Source: Bacilli bacterium (GTDB lineage Bacteria; Bacillota_I; Bacilli_A; RF39; UBA660). Taken from it: DNA of 64,000 nucleotides. This document shows, one piece after another, positions 59,959 through 64,000 of this stretch. The DNA lies in contig JAQVWT010000001.1 of assembly GCA_028709545.1 (NCBI GenBank), positions 658 through 64,657 of the forward strand, given 5' to 3'. The notes below the pieces were generated by a model, which saw nothing but the letters and a program-made list of their open reading frames with translations, was not told the origin of the DNA and did not search any database. Each line of letters begins with the position of its first letter. Positions within the stretch are counted from its first letter, which is position 1. Position numbers and translations under genes: made by a program.

Positions 59959-60574
59959 TTGTTAAATTTACTAAAATGTCATAAAATAACTTTTGTGAGC
60001 GGTGATATATTGAATAATTTAGATAAAGCTAAAATAGAATCATCAAAATTTATTGATAACCGACATTTATATGTTGGAAATATTATTAAACGAGTTTTTA
60101 AACCAGAAGAATATAATTATTTATGTGAAGTCGGAGCAGGAGAAATGCAGCTAGCTAAATTTTTAGCAGAATCATATGAAAAAATAGATGCTTACGAGGT
60201 TTATCCTCAAAAAAATGAGCAAGTAAATAATTTAAATATATATGGCAGGTTTTCAAAATTAGTTAAAGTTGATAAATATAACTTATTACTTTCGATATGT
60301 CCTTATTATTATGATTATTATGATTATGATGAGTTAGATCCTGAAGATGAGACCGTAAATTTGCTTTATGATATTATTAATATATGTAATAGAAGGAAAT
60401 ATTGATTTATTCTTAGTATTATCTAATACCGATGGAGTGTTGCGCTTCTTTAAGGATATTTATAATAATCCGAAGTATAAGGATTTTCTTTATGATGAGA
60501 TTGTTTTATATTATTTAAATATTTGTGGAAAAAAAGTATCAAGTAGTCATAATTTAATATTAAAAAAGAAATAA
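59959..60574 (+). pseudogene. SAM-dependent methyltransferase-like gene split over two overlapping frames
   Basis: LCEVGAGEMQLAKFLAESYEKIDAYE is a class I SAM MTase motif I; two overlapping ORFs (59959..60405 and 60368..60574) suggest a frameshift or error. Confidence 0.3.
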
Positions 60575-60581
60575 TATATAT

Positions 60582-61537
60582 TTAAAATAATTTTCCTAAA
60601 GAAATAATCTTATTAGAGTTGTTGTCAAATATATTTTTTTTCTTTATCTCAGGATTTAAATAAGTACTATAATAATATTCCCCTGTAGTTAAGTTTGTAA
60701 AGACGGTATATTTTGTATAGTCAAATGTATTGTTTTTAGTAATTACAACACCTTTTGGAATAGAAACTGAGTTCATCGCATTAAAACAAGTAACTATTGT
60801 TTCAGTATTTGATTTTGGAAGCTCAATAAAACTTTTTATATAAGATAGCCTAATAAATCTAGACGGAGGAGTATAATCCCCTGGTAGACCAAAAGTTCCC
60901 GATCCTTGGCCAAAAGGAGTCAAAACAAGATTGCCCCAAATATTTTTTTCTAGTTGCTTAGGAGATAATTGATAATAGTTTCTAAGATTCGTAAGATGCC
61001 ACGGAAAATTAGGGCTATTTGCTAAAACACCAATTGGATTATTATATATTTTTACGCCAGCTTTAGTACTCTCAACAACAATGCAGTTTAGGTGTTTATC
61101 ATTAATTATCCAGTGAAGAGGTGCAACTGAGTTAGTTATAGGATCAGTTATTCCAAATAAATGGATAGAGTTAAAAGCTTTAATTACTTCATTAACAGAT
61201 TTGCAATTACCTAAAAGGTAAGAGACTAATTCAATATGAGCAATAGATATCTTATCTATTTTTATTTGCTCATCAAAATAAGCGTATTCAGAAAAATATA
61301 ATGCTGCAACACCTAAACCCTTTTTATTTACGCCATCGGCAAATAAAATGTTTTTAGTATTTTGACCAGTTCCAATAAATTGATATTTATTTTTGATTTT
61401 TAAATCAGATTTAAACTAATCCACTCATAACCTGCCGGAACAATATATACCTCAGGTGATATTTCATAAGAAAAATCCATTGTTCTACCAAAAAACACTT
61501 CATTATTTTTAGATTGTAAAGTCATTGCTGTACACAT
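60582..61537 (-). pseudogene. choloylglycine (bile-salt) hydrolase / Ntn-hydrolase gene, frameshifted
   Basis: N-terminus MCTAMTLQSKNNEVFFGRTMDF...PAGYEW (Cys2 nucleophile) stops at TAA 61400..61402; the rest (KNKYQFIGTG...ADGVNKKGLGVAALYF...GLPGDYTPPSRFIR) runs in another frame from 61415 to 60582; break in agtttaaatctgattt. Confidence 0.6.
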
Positions 61538-61607
61538 AAAATCACTCCTATATAATTATATTTTATTTAGAAGTAATAATGACTTAAATAAAAAAATGAT
61601 AATTTTA

Positions 61608-61790
61608 TCATTTTATAAGTGTCTTATTTTCTTTCTTTATTACTTTATAGCCTTTTTCTAATATTTCAGTAAATTCTCTTGGTATCTTTTTTTGCACTTC
61701 TAAGATGTATTCTTCATTTATAACATATAATGCTTCTGCCATCGCTCCAACTATACATGCGTTAGTATCAGTGTCTCCACCATAACTCAA
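61608..61790 (-). pseudogene. C-terminal remnant of an ADP-ribosylglycohydrolase-family gene
   Basis: GGDTDTNACIVGAMAEA is the C-terminal signature of that family; only ~60 aa present, no upstream continuation. Confidence 0.4.
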
Positions 61791-61906
61791 AATTTTATAT
61801 AAACATTTATCAAAAGATTCTGAAGAAAATGTAATACAAACAATTATTTATAGTTTCATAACAAGTATAATTAAATTTAATAAAAGGTTTATATTCTATT
61901 TTATAT

Positions 61907-62383
61907 TTAACTTTTTTGATATTCATTATAGACATCAAAACTGTTATTAATTTGTTTTTTAATAGCATTTTTAAAACTATCTTCTGCTGATTTTCCAAAT
62001 CCACTAAAAGTTTCTTCACCAATTATAGTAAATGGAACTCCGGTAACTTGTTTTCCCATAATTTCCGCAAAATCAATTAATATATCAGCGTTATCTTGAT
62101 TATACCAAACCTCTAATGAATAAATGTTAATATCTTTACTATATTCCTCACTAAGATTTTCTAAAAAAACAAATTCATCTTCACAATGGGGACAACCATT
62201 TCCATAAAAGAAGTAAATATTTACTTTGTCGTCCATTAATTTAATATCAGATAATTTAGAGTCTCTATTAATTATATTTTGGTCTGTTTTAGAATTATTA
62301 TTATTTTTAACTACTGATACTACAACAACAAATATAATTAATAAGATTGTTAGTACAACAAAGTACTTTTTTTTATTTTTCAT
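61907..62383 (-). CDS. membrane-anchored thioredoxin-like protein (CPHC)
   Basis: N-terminal TM; FYGNGCPHCEDEF CxxC motif; TGVPFTIIG thioredoxin-fold cis-Pro region. Confidence 0.55.
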   Translation of the reverse strand: MKNKKKYFVVLTILLIIFVVVVSVVKNNNNSKTDQNIINRDSKLSDIKLMDDKVNIYFFYGNGCPHCEDEFVFLENLSEEYSKDINIYSLEVWYNQDNADILIDFAEIMGKQVTGVPFTIIGEETFSGFGKSAEDSFKNAIKKQINNSFDVYNEYQKS

Positions 62384-62402
62384 TATTACTCCTTTAGTTA
62401 AA

Positions 62403-62843
62403 TTATTTTAGCAAAACATATTGAGTCAGCCAATCGTCAAAACCCTCTACTGATTCATAATAGGGGATATCTTCATTTTTATTAGGATCTAAATGGGTAA
62501 TAATTTTACCTTTTTGATAAATAGCTACAGTGGGAAAATATTTAATGTGTTTTGCTAGATTAGTATCATCTATATTCCCAAATGTAATTTTATATAAACC
62601 TATTTCATTTGTGTTTACGTAGTCAGTTAAAACTTCATTAAAATCATATGATGTAGTACATAGGGGTTGATAAATAAAAATTATAAATGAAGATTCATTT
62701 TTTTCTAAATCCTTTAATTTGTCATTATCTATTTCTGTTAATGAATCATTTTCATAATATTCATCATCTAAATAAAAAGTTTTGACTTTATCGCATCCTA
62801 AAATAAGTAAGCAAGTAATTATAATTAATATAACTTTTTTCAT
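62403..62843 (-). CDS. thioredoxin-fold lipoprotein (CxxS)
   Basis: Lipobox LILGC; QPLCTTS (single Cys); YFPTVAIYQKGK thioredoxin-like. Confidence 0.4.
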   Translation of the reverse strand: MKKVILIIITCLLILGCDKVKTFYLDDEYYENDSLTEIDNDKLKDLEKNESSFIIFIYQPLCTTSYDFNEVLTDYVNTNEIGLYKITFGNIDDTNLAKHIKYFPTVAIYQKGKIITHLDPNKNEDIPYYESVEGFDDWLTQYVLLK

Positions 62844-63547
62844 TAATTTACCTTATTTAAAAGATTAAAATCAATATCGTGATAAGTTACTTTCCAAAAA
62901 TCATAATTAACATTATTATTTTTACTATTCTTAATTATGATGTTATTATTACCTTTATAAAACCAATATCCACCAGTGTTGTATATTTTATCTTTATCCC
63001 AACCTAGAGCAATTAGCATTGATTTCATCATCCCAGAATAGCCGCCACCACCACACATTAGAAAAATATTTTTATTTTTAGGAAAATGGTATTCCAAATA
63101 TTCCATAGATTCTTCATAATTAGGAGTGTACATACCATCTTCGGTTAAAGTAAACAGTGTTGTACCTTGATAAGTATCACCAACTTCTTCTGGCAAGCCA
63201 GAAACATTTACTACTAGTGGGAAAGGAACAGCTTCAAATCCTTTAATTATCCCAGACAAATAAGAATCTCCACCGATACTTTCATAATCACCTTCATCAA
63301 TTAGCATTCTCATATCACGATAAACACTATCAGCTCGTCCTAAATAATTATCGATAGTTTCCTCATTAATGTTTTTATCGATACCAAAATTAGTTCCTCT
63401 AATGCCTTCTGTAATTTCTGGTTTTGGTAATTTTTCTAGTTTGATATCATTATTTTTAAAAGCTAGGTATGAGAAAGTACCACCAATTAAAAACGCTAGT
63501 ATAACCATAAAGATTATTGTTTTATTTTTCATAATTTTTTCCTCCAT
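62843..63547 (-). CDS. membrane-anchored protein with rhodanese-like Cys loop
   Basis: N-terminal TM; FLMCGGGGYSG resembles a rhodanese active-site loop; weak. Confidence 0.3.
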   Translation of the reverse strand: MEEKIMKNKTIIFMVILAFLIGGTFSYLAFKNNDIKLEKLPKPEITEGIRGTNFGIDKNINEETIDNYLGRADSVYRDMRMLIDEGDYESIGGDSYLSGIIKGFEAVPFPLVVNVSGLPEEVGDTYQGTTLFTLTEDGMYTPNYEESMEYLEYHFPKNKNIFLMCGGGGYSGMMKSMLIALGWDKDKIYNTGGYWFYKGNNNIIIKNSKNNNVNYDFWKVTYHDIDFNLLNKVN

Positions 63548-63622
63548 TCTTTTTAAGTATAACTAATTAAATAATAAGTTTAAATAACTCTAAAGTTGAA
63601 TTTTCTCAACTTTAGGTTGAAT

Positions 63623-63988
63623 TTAAAAATTAAACATTAACCATTCTGGTTTTAGGGCCATTAATAAACCGAGAATTAACATAATAATTCCCCCAATTAA
63701 ATGGGAATATTTAGTATATTTATTAGATATTCCTTTTATATTTAATGTCTTCATTGCAATAAAGAAAATTAAAATATCATCAATTAGAAAAAATAAAATA
63801 TAAATAAAAATATAAATAGCATATTGAAAGGTAGTTAAATTGTTAATTGCTAGAACTTGAGTAAAAATAACAGGCAAGCCTAAAGAACATAATAGTTCTA
63901 AAATATTCACCGAGACCGCTAAAATTATTATACCCAAAAGTGATAAAATAAACTTTTTTTCAGTTATAATCTTTTTAATTCTTTCCAT
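63623..63988 (-). CDS. small multi-TM membrane protein
   Basis: Four hydrophobic segments; adjacent to the thioredoxin-like genes. Confidence 0.3.
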   Translation of the reverse strand: MERIKKIITEKKFILSLLGIIILAVSVNILELLCSLGLPVIFTQVLAINNLTTFQYAIYIFIYILFFLIDDILIFFIAMKTLNIKGISNKYTKYSHLIGGIIMLILGLLMALKPEWLMFNF

Positions 63989-64000
63989 AATTTTATTTCT

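Noticed and set aside
61810-62022. 70-aa minus-strand ORF overlapping the thioredoxin-like gene
   Set aside because: It is a different frame of the same region. The 61907..62383 frame carries the CPHC thioredoxin motif and a TM anchor.

Overview
This is a very AT-rich (Clostridia-like, low-GC Firmicute) chromosomal window. Its centrepiece is a complete ~30.8 kb siphovirus-type prophage (5215..36026) inserted into the 3' end of a tRNA-Lys gene. The insertion splits one host tRNA array into Leu-Val-Thr-Tyr-Gln-Lys on the left and Ser-fMet-Asp-Phe, then Arg-Pro, on the right. A 54-bp att core is duplicated at both ends, and a 32-bp integrase arm-type direct repeat lies inside each end.

The prophage is modular. 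The lysogeny module carries integrase, a membrane-anchored HIRAN-domain protein, a CI-like repressor, and cro-like and excisionase-like HTH proteins, with TTGTACAA palindromic operators in the switch region. The replication module has a DUF1376/DnaD-like organizer and a possible helicase-loader. Further in are three HNH endonucleases, a second XerC/D-like tyrosine recombinase next to an HD-domain hydrolase, and an ArpU-like late activator. A ~0.5 kb GC-rich stretch with no plausible ORF follows, bracketed by a sigma70-like promoter and an intrinsic terminator; this is a candidate structured ncRNA. A GT-B glycosyltransferase is wedged between the packaging HNH genes.

The morphogenesis cassette runs TerS-TerL-portal-ClpP protease-major capsid-connectors-major tail-chaperone-tape measure-Dit-Tal-FN3 receptor-binding protein. 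The chaperone carries a textbook A_AAA_AAC -1 frameshift. An (AAGC)~17 tetranucleotide tract sits directly after the receptor-binding gene. Three small tail-fibre-associated genes (two of them paralogs), a two-protein holin set and an M15 peptidase endolysin follow. At the attR end is a cargo pair: a Panacea-domain (DUF4065) protein followed by a RelE/YoeB-like toxin.

Host flanks (left, 1..4700; right, 36026 onward): the left flank carries NifU-like and S1-domain genes; the remaining host genes are on the right flank. They include a sortase with a cysteine-free secreted protein, a DUF898 membrane protein, and two tandem MacB-type fused ABC ATPase-permeases. There is also an MBL hydrolase, a phosphoketolase, a stand-alone E2-like acyltransferase domain, a DD-carboxypeptidase and a Big_2+NlpC/P60 hydrolase. 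Two ABC-2 exporter sets, a BclA-like (GPT)n collagen-repeat protein and a thioredoxin-fold cluster complete the flank. A gene-decay patch holds a frameshifted bile-salt-hydrolase gene and an ADP-ribosylglycohydrolase remnant.

I found no CRISPR array and no rRNA. All family assignments rest on motif recognition by eye, not on database searches.
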